Shown one piece after another: positions 18,540-28,015 of a stretch of 64,000 nt of DNA (its first letter is position 1; each line of letters starts with the position of its first letter). Origin of the DNA: Flavobacteriales bacterium (GTDB lineage: Bacteria; Bacteroidota; Bacteroidia; Flavobacteriales_F; PHOS-HE28); NCBI GenBank assembly GCA_016712025.1, contig JADJRW010000007.1, forward strand, positions 289-64,288, in the 5' to 3' direction. The notes beneath the pieces are model-generated. The model worked only from the letters and a program-made list of their open reading frames with translations. It had not been told where the DNA came from and did no database searches. Made by a program: the position numbers and the translations under genes.

Positions 18540-19001
18540 ATGAAGCTCAGGCTCGTCTTGGTCGGAAAGAACGCCCCCGGGCCCCTCACCCAGGCTTTGG
18601 AGGAGATGTTGGAACGGGTGCGACGCAGTGCGCCTGTCGAAGTGCATGTGGTTCCTGAGATCACCTCCGGCGAGGTGGACCACAAGCGAAAGGTGGGCAC
18701 GCAACGGTTGATGGAGGCGGTGAAGGACGATGCGATGGTGGTACTGTTGGACGAACGGGGCAAGCAGTTCACCTCCGAAGGGTTCGCCGCGCAGTTGGGC
18801 CGTTGGCGTGATCAGGGAACGCGCACGATCACGTTCGTCGTGGGCGGGGCCTATGGGGTGGAGGAGCCACTTCGGCAACGTGCACAACTGGTGCTTGCGC
18901 TTTCCAGCATGACCTTTCCGCATCAATTGGTGCGGGTGTTCCTCGCGGAACAATTGTACCGGGCCTTCAGCATCCTGGACGGACGGCCTTACCATCACTG
19001 A
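18540..19001 (+). CDS. rlmH: 23S rRNA (pseudouridine1915-N3)-methyltransferase
   Basis: 153 aa: MKLRLVLVGKN...VVLLDERGKQFTSEGFAAQLGRWRDQGTRTITFVVGGAYGV...LSSMTFPHQLVRVFLAEQLYRAFSILDGRPYHH. This is the canonical SPOUT RlmH. Confidence 0.95.
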   Translation: MKLRLVLVGKNAPGPLTQALEEMLERVRRSAPVEVHVVPEITSGEVDHKRKVGTQRLMEAVKDDAMVVLLDERGKQFTSEGFAAQLGRWRDQGTRTITFVVGGAYGVEEPLRQRAQLVLALSSMTFPHQLVRVFLAEQLYRAFSILDGRPYHH

Positions 19002-19867
19002 GCAGGCTTTCGGAAGCCTGCCTTCATACTGTCGCCCACCTTCAGCAGGTTCAACGCGCCATTGGCGAAGCCTTTCGCCAGCTTCAGCCACCGGCTGCCT
19101 TCGATCCGTTCGCGCAGCACATCGTCTTGCGGATTGCCACAGGGCGCCACCGCTTTTCCCAGGGCGCCGCGTAACCGCCATAGATGGATGCCGGTGGTCA
19201 GCATCCACTGCTGCTGAAGACCCGCCGAGCGCGCCAACCGCCGCAGCGTGCGCGGGGTGAAATAGGAGAGGTGCTCGGGGTAGTGTACAATGCTCCACGC
19301 TGATCCGGAGAACAGCCGGCCCATGCTGTTGAAATTCGGCGTGGTCATATAGAGCAGACCGCCGGGTCGAAGGATACGCGCCATGCGGGCGATCTCCGGC
19401 ACGGGATGGGCGAGGTGTTCGATGACCTCGAAGGAGCACACCACATCGAAGTGGTCATCACCATAATGGGAGGGATCCAAAGGACCTTCGATGATGCGGA
19501 TACCCCGTGCCTTGCAAGCGGCCACCGCACGATCGCCGTACTCGGTGCCGAACACCTCCCATCCGCGCAACGCGGCGCGCTCCAGGAAAAGGCCGGCACC
19601 ACAGCCTACATCGATCAATCGGCCGGTCTTGCGGAACGGTTCGAAACGGTCCAGCAGTTCATCGAAGCGGATCGCGGTCACCGGGCTCATCACATCGCGC
19701 ACCGGATAGCCTTTGTAGAAGGCACGCAGTTCCTCCACGCTAGGATCCTGCAGGCAATACACGAAGCGGCATGCGCGGCACTTCACCAAATGGTGGGCCT
19801 CGAAGCCGCCAACGGCGCGGTGGCCTTTGCTGGTGCAAAGCGGACATGCGGAATGCGCCGAGCTCAT
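18995..19867 (-). CDS. Class I SAM-dependent methyltransferase with an N-terminal Cys4 zinc-ribbon-like motif
   Basis: ORF 18995..19966 trimmed to ATG 19867 (MSSAHSACPLCTSKGH...VKCRACRFVY). SAM motif: RLIDVGCGAGLFLERAALRGWEVFGTE...FDVVCSFEVIEHLAHP...LRPGGLLYMTTPN. Confidence 0.8.
   Translation of the reverse strand: MSSAHSACPLCTSKGHRAVGGFEAHHLVKCRACRFVYCLQDPSVEELRAFYKGYPVRDVMSPVTAIRFDELLDRFEPFRKTGRLIDVGCGAGLFLERAALRGWEVFGTEYGDRAVAACKARGIRIIEGPLDPSHYGDDHFDVVCSFEVIEHLAHPVPEIARMARILRPGGLLYMTTPNFNSMGRLFSGSAWSIVHYPEHLSYFTPRTLRRLARSAGLQQQWMLTTGIHLWRLRGALGKAVAPCGNPQDDVLRERIEGSRWLKLAKGFANGALNLLKVGDSMKAGFRKPAQ
19002..19021. terminator. Perfect 8-bp stem / 4-nt loop hairpin (gcaggctt-tcgg-aagcctgc) at convergent gene ends
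   Basis: It starts directly after the rlmH stop (18999-19001) and lies inside the last codons of the convergent methyltransferase. There is no U-tract, so intrinsic-terminator function is only inferred. Confidence 0.45.
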
Positions 19868-19898
19868 GGTGGGCGAAAGTAAGGCCGGGCGGAGGCGT

Positions 19899-19923
19899 GG
19901 GTCCAAAGGCGATCTTTGGACCC
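19899..19923. promoter_or_regulatory. Perfect 10-bp inverted repeat with a 5-nt spacer (gggtccaaag gcgat ctttggaccc) in a divergent intergenic region
   Basis: Read directly. It sits between the methyltransferase start (19867, minus) and the ATG at 19928 (plus). It overlaps a near-consensus -7 box, gATCTTTG (19911-19918). Confidence 0.4.
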
Positions 19924-19927
19924 AGCG

Positions 19928-21400
19928 ATGATCTTCACCGAGTACTTCGGGTACGTTACCATCCATTATTGGGAGTACCTGATGATGGCTGTGTACTTCG
20001 TGTTGATGTACATTTATTTCGCACGGCAGAAGAACCTTCGCATAAAGAAGGAGCCGGAGTACAAGTATTTTCTGTGGGGGCTGCTCGCCAAGGTGTCCGG
20101 GGGGTTGTTCTTCAGCCTCATCTATTTCTACTACTACCAGGGCGGCGACACCATCAGTTACTTCTACTCCGCAGTGGCCATGGGCAACCTGTTCAAGCAG
20201 TCGCCCTCGGACTATTTCACCGTGGTGTTCGGCGAGGCTTCACTGGCCAACAAGCTGAAGTTCACCATGGAGACCGGCGAGCCGTACTTCTATGTGTACA
20301 ACGATCCGCGGGCTTACATGGTCACTCGGTTGATCAGCCCGCTCACGGTGCTCACGCTCAACAGCTACCTGCTCACCACCACGTTGGTCTCGAGCGCATC
20401 ATACATCGCTGTGTGGCGGCTCTATCAGACTTTCGTGGGGTATTTCCCCCGGTTGCGGCGCGAGTTCGCTATCGCCATACTCTTCATGCCCTCCTCCATT
20501 TTCTGGGGATCGGCGATCCTGAAGGACACCTTCACCTTCGCGGGCCTCTGCTGGTTCTTCCATGGGGTGGATGATCTTTTCTTCCACCGGGAGAGGGTGG
20601 TGCGTTCCACCTGGCACGTGATCCTGGGGCTCTTCCTCATGATCGCCATCAAACCTTACGTCTTCATGGCCATCTTCCCGGTGTGTTTGCTCTGGCTTTC
20701 CTATGGCCGATTGCAGCGCATCCGCAACTCGTTGATCAAATACCTAGTGGTGCCGATGGGTTTCGTGCTGATGGTCTCCATCAGCTTCGTTGTTCTCACC
20801 CAACTGGGAGAGAGCCTGGACAAGTTCTCGTTGGACAAGGCCCTGGACACCATCCTCACCGCCCAGCAGGATCTGAAGCGGAGCGAGGAATATGGATCGA
20901 ACTATTTCGACGTGGGCGAGCTGGACGGTACGTGGACGAACGTGCTCTCCAAATTTCCGGTAGCCGTTTGGGCGGCCCTGTTCCGGCCCGACCTCACCGA
21001 GTGCAAGAACTTCGTGATGTACCTCGCGGGGCTGGAGAACACGTTCTTGTTGTTCATGTTCATCTCCATTCTGTGGAAGAGCCGCGTTGCATTGTTCCCT
21101 TCGCTGGTCGTGAAGAACCCTTTGGTGCTGATGTGCGTGGTGTTCGTGCTCACCTACGGTTTCATCACGGGGATCACCACCCCCAACTTCGGCGCCTTGG
21201 TGCGGTTCAAGATCCCGCTCATACCCTTCTTCGTGTCGGGCATGTACATCATGCTGTACCTATTGAAAGTGCGGAAGGCGACCATCGGGCGTGGCCAACG
21301 GTTCCGTTTCGAGGATTATGTGAACGGGGATCCGGACCGGCCCCGAGCGGTGCGAAAAGCCGCGGCCGAAGCCAAGCGGAAGGCATACATGGCCGCCTGA
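19928..21400 (+). CDS. Polytopic membrane protein of unknown function (candidate Wzy-like polymerase or glycan-processing protein)
   Basis: ORF 19916..21400, with the ATG at 19928 preferred (MIFTEYFGYVTIHYWEYLMMAVYF...). It has at least 10 hydrophobic segments and a large loop (...LDKALDTILTAQQDLKRSEEYGSNYFDVGELDG...). The sequence is visibly more AT-rich than its flanks. I recognised no family motif. Confidence 0.55.
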   Translation: MIFTEYFGYVTIHYWEYLMMAVYFVLMYIYFARQKNLRIKKEPEYKYFLWGLLAKVSGGLFFSLIYFYYYQGGDTISYFYSAVAMGNLFKQSPSDYFTVVFGEASLANKLKFTMETGEPYFYVYNDPRAYMVTRLISPLTVLTLNSYLLTTTLVSSASYIAVWRLYQTFVGYFPRLRREFAIAILFMPSSIFWGSAILKDTFTFAGLCWFFHGVDDLFFHRERVVRSTWHVILGLFLMIAIKPYVFMAIFPVCLLWLSYGRLQRIRNSLIKYLVVPMGFVLMVSISFVVLTQLGESLDKFSLDKALDTILTAQQDLKRSEEYGSNYFDVGELDGTWTNVLSKFPVAVWAALFRPDLTECKNFVMYLAGLENTFLLFMFISILWKSRVALFPSLVVKNPLVLMCVVFVLTYGFITGITTPNFGALVRFKIPLIPFFVSGMYIMLYLLKVRKATIGRGQRFRFEDYVNGDPDRPRAVRKAAAEAKRKAYMAA

Positions 21401-21416
21401 TCACGTCTGTGCTGAT

Positions 21417-22691
21417 ATGATACCTCGTGCCGCGCCACCTGAGACCCGGGATCCGAAGGACCGCATCGCCATCGTAGTGCTGTGCTGCCATGGGATCGAG
21501 GATCCGTTGGTGGCCACCTTGATCCTGGACTATACACTTCGGTTACAGCAACGCGAGATCGGTGCGGACGTGCTCCTGATCACCGAGGAGCCGCGCCGCC
21601 TAACCCTCTCCGCCGATCGCTGCGCTGAGTTGGAGCGCTTGGGTATCCGTTGGAGCCCGCTCTGGTACGATCTATCGGGCGCCCAGTTCTACCAGAAGTT
21701 CCGCAACCTCGTCCTGCTCGCCTGGCGGGCCTGGTCGTTCGCACGGGGCTACAGGCACCGGGTGGTGCTCGGCTTCCTGAGCATGACGGGCGCGTACGGC
21801 AGCATCCTGCGCACCTTGTGGTTCCATCGGTTCATCGCCATGAACTTTGAGCCACACAGCCTCTTCATGAAGGAGATGGGTGTGTGGGGGCCTCGGTCGC
21901 TCAAGTACCGCGTGATCCGCTTCTTCGAGCGGCGCACCATGGCCGTGGCCGATGCGCTGATCGCACCGGCCAGCGCGGTGATCGACCACGTGCGATCCCA
22001 TCCGCACCGGTGCAGCATCCATTTGCAGGGCGTGACCATCGATGTGCGCAAAAGCCTGCGCGACCCCGAAATGCGCCGGAGCATGCGTGCGCAGTTGGGG
22101 ATCGAGAAAGCCACTGTGCTATTCTATGTGGGCAAGTTCGGCGGGATCTACTACAGCGCGGAACAGTATATGGAGTTCATCACGCGTAGCTGTTCGGCGG
22201 ATCCCCGGGTGCACCACCTCCTGATCACCTTCCCCGACCAGATCGCGCGGATCCGCGAGCATGCGGGTTTCGCGGAACTGCAGCACCGGATCACGCTGTT
22301 GGAACCGGTGCCACCTGCACGGTTGTCGGATTTTCTCTCCGCTGCTGACCTTGGTGTGATCGCGGTGCCCCCCACGCCATCGCAGGTTTTTCGCTCGCCC
22401 GTGAAGACGGCGCACTACTGGGCGGCCGGTCTGCCGATCATCGTTCCGGAAGGTATCTCGGACGATTGGGCCATTGCCCGGGACCGGGATATAGGCATTG
22501 TGGTGAAAGGCCTTCCCGAACTGGACGTGGATGCCTTCCGTCGTGAACTCGATCGCTACGGAGCGGTACCACCGCAAGAATTGACGGAGCGGTGCGTTCG
22601 CGCGGCGATGGAACTTCGCGATACCAGCTTGATGGTGGACCTGATGGAAGAACTGGTCACTTCCGTGCGACGCGATCGAAGAGGGCTTTGA
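21417..22691 (+). CDS. Putative glycosyltransferase (GT-B fold)
   Basis: 424 aa with a two-Rossmann-like layout. The C-terminal block ...LSAADLGVIAVPPTPSQVFRSPVKTAHYWAAGLPIIVPEGISDD resembles GT4/GT1 donor-binding regions. The assignment is weak. Confidence 0.5.
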   Translation: MIPRAAPPETRDPKDRIAIVVLCCHGIEDPLVATLILDYTLRLQQREIGADVLLITEEPRRLTLSADRCAELERLGIRWSPLWYDLSGAQFYQKFRNLVLLAWRAWSFARGYRHRVVLGFLSMTGAYGSILRTLWFHRFIAMNFEPHSLFMKEMGVWGPRSLKYRVIRFFERRTMAVADALIAPASAVIDHVRSHPHRCSIHLQGVTIDVRKSLRDPEMRRSMRAQLGIEKATVLFYVGKFGGIYYSAEQYMEFITRSCSADPRVHHLLITFPDQIARIREHAGFAELQHRITLLEPVPPARLSDFLSAADLGVIAVPPTPSQVFRSPVKTAHYWAAGLPIIVPEGISDDWAIARDRDIGIVVKGLPELDVDAFRRELDRYGAVPPQELTERCVRAAMELRDTSLMVDLMEELVTSVRRDRRGL

Positions 22692-23475
22692 TCGCTTTGA
22701 AGGGTTTGCCGGCGCGCAGATAGGATTTGACCATGATCGACCGGCTCCGCATCCGGTATCGGCGCAGATCGGCCGGATCGGCTGTGCCTTGGGCCTCTAT
22801 CCATCGGTACACGAAGCGGTACGAACGCCACAGCCCGTCCAGGTCGCTCATGGAACTATGGCTCGTGCGTCGGTAGATCAACACCGTATCCAGGGTGTAG
22901 CGGTACGTGCGGCCCGGGCTGTACTCCAGGCAGAACAGCATATCCTCCATGTGCGAGGTGTCCTCGTTGAAACGCAAGGCCAGGTGTTGATCCCATCGCA
23001 CCATCCAAGTGATCCCCGCGAAGCAACTACCCGTAAGCCGTACCAGTTCCGCGAAGGGCTTGCCGGTGAAGGTGGGCAGGTACTCCTGGAGACGTATACG
23101 CAGGTCCTTGTCCATTTGTACCACCCGGCCATCCACCATGTCGGTATCCGGATGGCGTTGGAAGATCGCGATGCGCGAACGGATGCTATTGGTGGGCAGC
23201 ACGTCGTCCGAATCGAGGAAGCAGAGGAACTCGCCACGCACATGTGCTAGCCCCGTGTTGCGCGCCTTTCCGATCCCTCCGTTCGGCTGGTGGAAGATCT
23301 CGATGCGGGGGTCATCATAGCGGCCGAGGATCTCCGCCGTGCCGTCGGTGCTGCCGTCGTTCACCACCAGCAACTGCCAGTTGGCATGGCTCTGATCCAT
23401 CACCGAAGCGATCGCTTCTTCGATGTAGCGCTCCGCATTGTAAGCGGGCATGATGATCGAAACAAGCGGTTGCAT
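22657..23475 (-). CDS. Glycosyltransferase family 2
   Basis: MQPLVSIIMPAYNAERYIEEAIASVMDQSHANWQLLVVNDGSTDGT...FLDSDD. This is the canonical GT2 N-terminal domain. Confidence 0.85.
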   Translation of the reverse strand: MQPLVSIIMPAYNAERYIEEAIASVMDQSHANWQLLVVNDGSTDGTAEILGRYDDPRIEIFHQPNGGIGKARNTGLAHVRGEFLCFLDSDDVLPTNSIRSRIAIFQRHPDTDMVDGRVVQMDKDLRIRLQEYLPTFTGKPFAELVRLTGSCFAGITWMVRWDQHLALRFNEDTSHMEDMLFCLEYSPGRTYRYTLDTVLIYRRTSHSSMSDLDGLWRSYRFVYRWIEAQGTADPADLRRYRMRSRSIMVKSYLRAGKPFKAIKALFDRVARK

Positions 23476-23485
23476 CGTGAGGGGA

Positions 23486-24833
23486 CTAGACGATGGCCTT
23501 TGTTTGGCTGGTGGTCGCAGCGCGGATGACAGAAGCGAACCGTTCGGCCATCACGTTGCTGTGCAAGCTGCGGATGAACTCCGCATCCGGATGGAGTTCG
23601 ACGCCACCTTGGAACATCTGTTCGAGTACAAGGGCCGACGTGACAAGATCGTCCGGCGGACAAAGGAGGCAGAGGCCGGACCGCTGGAGGATGCGCTTTT
23701 GCGCTCCTTCGCTCACGAAGGCGAGGATCGGCCGCAACGTCTGGAAGTACTCGAAGGTCTTGCCGGCGATGCTGTAGTCCTGACCACCGATCACTTTGCT
23801 CGACGTGATCAACAACGCGTCGCATCGTGCCTGCAATGCGAGTGCTTCGCGGTGGCCAAGCCGACCGTGGAAAACGACCAGCTCCTCAAGGCCGTGCTCC
23901 GCGACCATGGCGCGCAGCCAGTCGGGTATATGCCCTGCGAGTTCGATCCGAAGGAGATCGGCGATCTCCGGCCGTTCCACACGGAGCGCGGCCAGTGCTT
24001 TAAAGAAGAAATGCGGCGAGCGATAGAGCCAATCCTCCTTACGCGGGGCGAACTGCAGCCACTGATGCGGTTTCTTTCTGAACCACGGGGAGAACATCAA
24101 CGCACGCTGATAGGGCGTGTAGTAAAAGCTGCCCACGTAACCGATGCGCAGCGGCTCGCTGGTGGTGGGTGTTCGCATCGTGATCCGTTCCGGTACATCC
24201 GGCACCCCGCCGTCGTAGGAATTGGTGATCAGATGGAAGCGCTCGGCCGCGATATGTGGGTGCAGCGACTTCAGGTCCGCCACGGTCTGATCACTGGTAG
24301 CGATGATCGCGTCCGCGCTTTCCAATGCCAGGCGCTCTTCACGCAGGGTGAGTCGATAGTGCAGGTAGGAAGCGTAGGGCGTTACGATCCAATGGCTCCA
24401 GCCATCGCGCAGGTCCAGATGAAAGGAAGTCCGAGCTCTTTGGCGATCGCGCGCAGGGCCGGGCCAAGCTGAAGGGCGGTGCGGTGAGCAGGATGGCGTC
24501 CAACCGGTGCTCGCGATGGATCCGTTCGATCGCTGGGCGAAGGTGGTGCATCCAGCGCCGTGCGGAGGGATCCACGATGTGCAAGTAGTACGTGGCGTGG
24601 AGATCGTACGTGGGGCCTTTGGGATCCAGCGGTGTGCGCACCACCGTCATGCGTTCGTCGCTGTCGCCGCGCAGCGATGGATCGATGTTGCCTTCGCCGT
24701 GCCCCGAGGCCTCCGGTGTCACTACGATCGGCCGGATACCGGAGCGCAACAGATGGCTCGCGATCCGATAAGGTCGATGCGAACCGCCCGAGTTGAGCGG
24801 AGGGAACTCGTAGGCGATCAGCAGCAGGTTCAT
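23486..24833 (-). CDS. Glycosyltransferase family 4, with two apparent frameshifts
   Basis: N-terminus from ORF 24339..24995, starting at ATG 24833 (MNLLLIAYEFPPLNSGGSHRPYRIASHLL...). The middle piece PALRAIAKELGLPFIW is in a third frame. The remainder is ORF 23486..24325 (...LESADAIIATSDQTVADL...GKTFEYFQTLRPILAFV). The frames switch near 24451-24470 and 24412-24417. Confidence 0.75.
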
Positions 24834-24882
24834 GGTCAGGGGAGCGTCGAACGCGCCGAAAGGCAAGGATAGGAAGTGGGCC

Positions 24883-26286
24883 TCAAGAACCGGGGAACCA
24901 GCTCCCGATCGTTTGGTGTCGCAACAGTGCGAACAGCAGATCCAGCGCGCACAGGATCGCGAGCATACGCAGCACGGGTCGCGTCCATGGCACACCGGCG
25001 TTGCGCAGCAGCATGGTCATGTAGAACAGATAGGCGGCTGTGCTCACTGCGCTGAAAGCCAGCACGATGGCGTTGGCCGAGCCGAACATGTGCTCGGCGA
25101 CCATTACCGCGAGGAAACGGCCCGCGAGCATGACCAGTTGGAAAATGAGCAGATAGTGCTGGCGCTTCTTCAACAGCATCGCCGAGGTGAGGGGTTCGCT
25201 CACCAGGCGGAACAGGAAGAAGTGGCCCATGTAGGCCGTGTAGATCCCGGACACTACCCAGGCATCGCCCAGCACCCATTGGAAGATCACATCGCTGAAG
25301 AAGGTGATCGCCGCGAACGGCACCACACCGATCATCATCAACCGGTTGAAGACTCCGATGGTGATGCGCGGTAGGTCGTGCGGTTTGTCGTGCTGGCTCT
25401 CCGCGATACGTTGTTGGAACACCACACCGAGGCTGTAGCCGAACAGGCGCAGCGGCATAAGCAACAAACCACCGGCGAAAGCGAACTGCCCCAAGGCTGC
25501 GGGATCGAAGACCAACATGAAGATCGGTACCTGTTGCCCCAGCAACGCCACGTAGCGCTCCGGGAAGAGCACAAGGGGATGCATGCGGTACTCATGCAAC
25601 GTCTCCCGAAGCCTTGCCCAAGGGGGGAAGGTGAGCACGCGCACCAAAGCACCATGGCCGATGGCCTTCCAGTACGCCAGCAATCCCACTCCGCGCACGG
25701 CCACTTCGCCCACGATCAGTCCATGCACCGCACCCTTGCTGAAGAGACCATAGATCAGGTTGAAGACGCGCAGCACCAGGTTGGTACCACCGCCGAGGTA
25801 GGGTGACGCGCGGAAGTTCTTTTCGCGGATCAGCCAATTGGTGAACAAGTTGGGCAGGAACTGCACCGCCACTCCCAGAGGCAAGAGCAGCGCCCAGCCT
25901 CCGAGTATGCTCCACGCCGGCACCCAGGTGTAGATCATCTCATGCGCGAGGCAGAAGGGGAGCATCAAGAGCAGCACCGCAGCGAAACAGATCAGGTCCA
26001 ATCGCACCAGGTCCAGGAAACGGTCGTGGTCGCGGGGCAGCACATAGGCGGTGAACAAGCCGGGATCCGAAAGCTGCGCGAGGTTGAGCGATAGCGCGAG
26101 GAACAGGCCGTAGACCCCGTAGGCCTCCGGGCCATAAATGCGCGCGATGATCGGAGTTAGCACCAACTGGCTCAGGATCACCAGCGAAGAGCCGCTGAAC
26201 ACGTGGGCCGCGCTGTTGGCGAAGGAGCCGCGTTGGGACACCTGTCCGAACTCATCCTTCCACCTGCGGGCCAATGCCTTTCTCAT
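24883..26286 (-). CDS. Wzx-type oligosaccharide flippase (MOP superfamily)
   Basis: 467 aa with about 12-14 TM segments. The N-terminus ...SAAHVFSGSSLVILSQLVLTPIIARIYGPEAYGVYGLF is typical of polysaccharide biosynthesis flippases. Confidence 0.75.
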   Translation of the reverse strand: MRKALARRWKDEFGQVSQRGSFANSAAHVFSGSSLVILSQLVLTPIIARIYGPEAYGVYGLFLALSLNLAQLSDPGLFTAYVLPRDHDRFLDLVRLDLICFAAVLLLMLPFCLAHEMIYTWVPAWSILGGWALLLPLGVAVQFLPNLFTNWLIREKNFRASPYLGGGTNLVLRVFNLIYGLFSKGAVHGLIVGEVAVRGVGLLAYWKAIGHGALVRVLTFPPWARLRETLHEYRMHPLVLFPERYVALLGQQVPIFMLVFDPAALGQFAFAGGLLLMPLRLFGYSLGVVFQQRIAESQHDKPHDLPRITIGVFNRLMMIGVVPFAAITFFSDVIFQWVLGDAWVVSGIYTAYMGHFFLFRLVSEPLTSAMLLKKRQHYLLIFQLVMLAGRFLAVMVAEHMFGSANAIVLAFSAVSTAAYLFYMTMLLRNAGVPWTRPVLRMLAILCALDLLFALLRHQTIGSWFPGS

Positions 26287-26381
26287 GCCTGATAGACGAC
26301 GCGGCCCCGGGGCCGTTGCGCGGTAAAAGTATCCACCTCCGCCAGAGCGTCACCGACAGTCAAGTGCGACCTTCGGCACCG

Positions 26382-26971
26382 ATGATCGAACTGGTACTGT
26401 GCACGGGCAACCCAGGCAAAGTAGACGAGCTGCGCGCGCTCCTTCCGAAGGACTTCGCGGTGCTCGGGCTTCTTGAACTTGGCCTGTCGACCGACCTGCC
26501 AGAAACCTCCGACACCCTCGAAGGGAACGCGCTCCAGAAAGCACGGTACGCGTTCGCGCAATGCGGGCGCGCCTGTGTGGCCGATGATACCGGCTTGGAA
26601 GTGGACGCGTTGAACGGAGCGCCCGGTGTGTATTCGGCACGCTATGCCGGGGACACCAAGGATCCAGCGCTGAACATGCGCAAACTCCTCGATGCGCTGA
26701 GGAACACGGAGCTACGCACCGCCCATTTCCGCACGGTACTCGCCTTCGTGGATGGAGACCAGGAGCGTTTGTTCGAGGGATCGTGGAGGGCACTATCGCG
26801 CATGCGCCATTGGGCACCCGGGGGCTTCGGCTACGATCCGTCTTTCTGCCAGAAGGGTCGTCGCTCACCTTCGCGCAAATTGATGCCGAGGCCAAGAACC
26901 GCATCAGCCACCGTGCGCGTGCGATGGAGAAGTTGTTGGTGTACTTGCGCGATTCTCAGCGGCGGCGCTGA
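26382..26971 (+). CDS. rdgB: Non-canonical purine NTP pyrophosphatase (RdgB/HAM1 family), with three apparent frame changes within 70 bp
   Basis: ORF 26274..26996 trimmed to ATG 26382 (MIELVLCTGNPGKVDELRALL...ADDTGLEVDALNGAPGVYSARYAG...). The conserved tail is split across frames: FEG / VEGTIAHAPLGT / GGFGYDP / VFLPEGSSLTFAQIDAEAKNRISHRARAMEKLL (ORF 26783..26971). The switches lie near 26776-26782, 26815-26825 and 26836-26842, in G/C runs. Confidence 0.85.
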
Positions 26972-27990
26972 AGGCATTCCGCGAGCAGCCCGTTGATCAC
27001 GGCGGGTACGCCGATCCCCGACACTTCGAGCATTTTGGGATAGATGCTCGCTCCGCTGAACCCGGGTGTCGTGTTCACTTCGATGGTCACCAGGTCCTGT
27101 TCGTTGGTGCCGGTGCCGCTCCAGAAATGATCCACACGCGCCATACCCCGGCAATCCAACGCGCGGAAGATCGCTGCGGAACGCTCCTGCACCATCCGCG
27201 TCACCTCGTCCGGCAGGGGCGCGGGCACCAGTTCTTCGGTGTCGGCAGCGTGGTACTTGGCTTGGTAATCGAAGAACTCGTGCGAGGTGCGGATCTCGCA
27301 TACCGGCAGGGCTTTCACTTCGCCGTTCATGCCAAGCACACCGCAAGTGAGTTCGCGTCCGCTCACCGCACCTTCCACCAGCACACGATGGCTCTCCTTG
27401 AAGGCCGCTTCGATCGCGGGTAACAAAGCTTCCCCGGACTTCACCTTGCTGATGCCGAGGCTGCTGCCGCTCTCATCCGGTTTCACGAAGCAGGGCAGGC
27501 CCACGGCCTCCAAAATGTGTTCGGGTACGACCGCATCCCCTTGGGCGATCACCACGCCCGGTGCCACGGTGAAACCGAGTTGCCGAAGCAGGCCCGTGGT
27601 GGACGATTTGCTGAAGGTGAGCGCCATGTTGAGCACGCCACCCGTTTGGTAAGGCACCCCCTGCAGATCGAGATACCCCTGGAGTTTTCCGTCCTCGCCC
27701 GGTGTGCCATGGATGGCGATCAACGCGGCATCGATGCGTTCCATACCGTTGCCGCGATCGGTACGAAAGGTGCCGGGATCGAAGGGCAACGGCACCTCTT
27801 CCAAAGTGGCGCAGCTCCAACCTTCGGCGCCGAGGGTCACCATCACCGGGGCGAAGCGCGTGCGATCGATGGCTTTCAGCATGCGGTCGGCGCTTTGGAA
27901 GCTGATCACCGATTCGCCGCTGAGTCCACCGCGGATCACCGCGATCAGAGGAAGCCGTTCAGTAGGAGCGTTCATTGAAAGAAGGTTCAC
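26956..27990 (-). CDS. ddl: D-alanine--D-alanine ligase
   Basis: ...IAVIRGGLSGESVISFQSA...IAIHGTPGEDGKLQGYLDLQGVPYQTGGVLNMALTFSK...LPCFVKPDESGSSLGISKV...EVNTTPGFSGASIYPKM. The full length resembles Ddl. Confidence 0.95.
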   Translation of the reverse strand: MNLLSMNAPTERLPLIAVIRGGLSGESVISFQSADRMLKAIDRTRFAPVMVTLGAEGWSCATLEEVPLPFDPGTFRTDRGNGMERIDAALIAIHGTPGEDGKLQGYLDLQGVPYQTGGVLNMALTFSKSSTTGLLRQLGFTVAPGVVIAQGDAVVPEHILEAVGLPCFVKPDESGSSLGISKVKSGEALLPAIEAAFKESHRVLVEGAVSGRELTCGVLGMNGEVKALPVCEIRTSHEFFDYQAKYHAADTEELVPAPLPDEVTRMVQERSAAIFRALDCRGMARVDHFWSGTGTNEQDLVTIEVNTTPGFSGASIYPKMLEVSGIGVPAVINGLLAECLQRRR

Positions 27991-28015
27991 CGGGGCGTAA
28001 AGGAACGCGTGGGCA

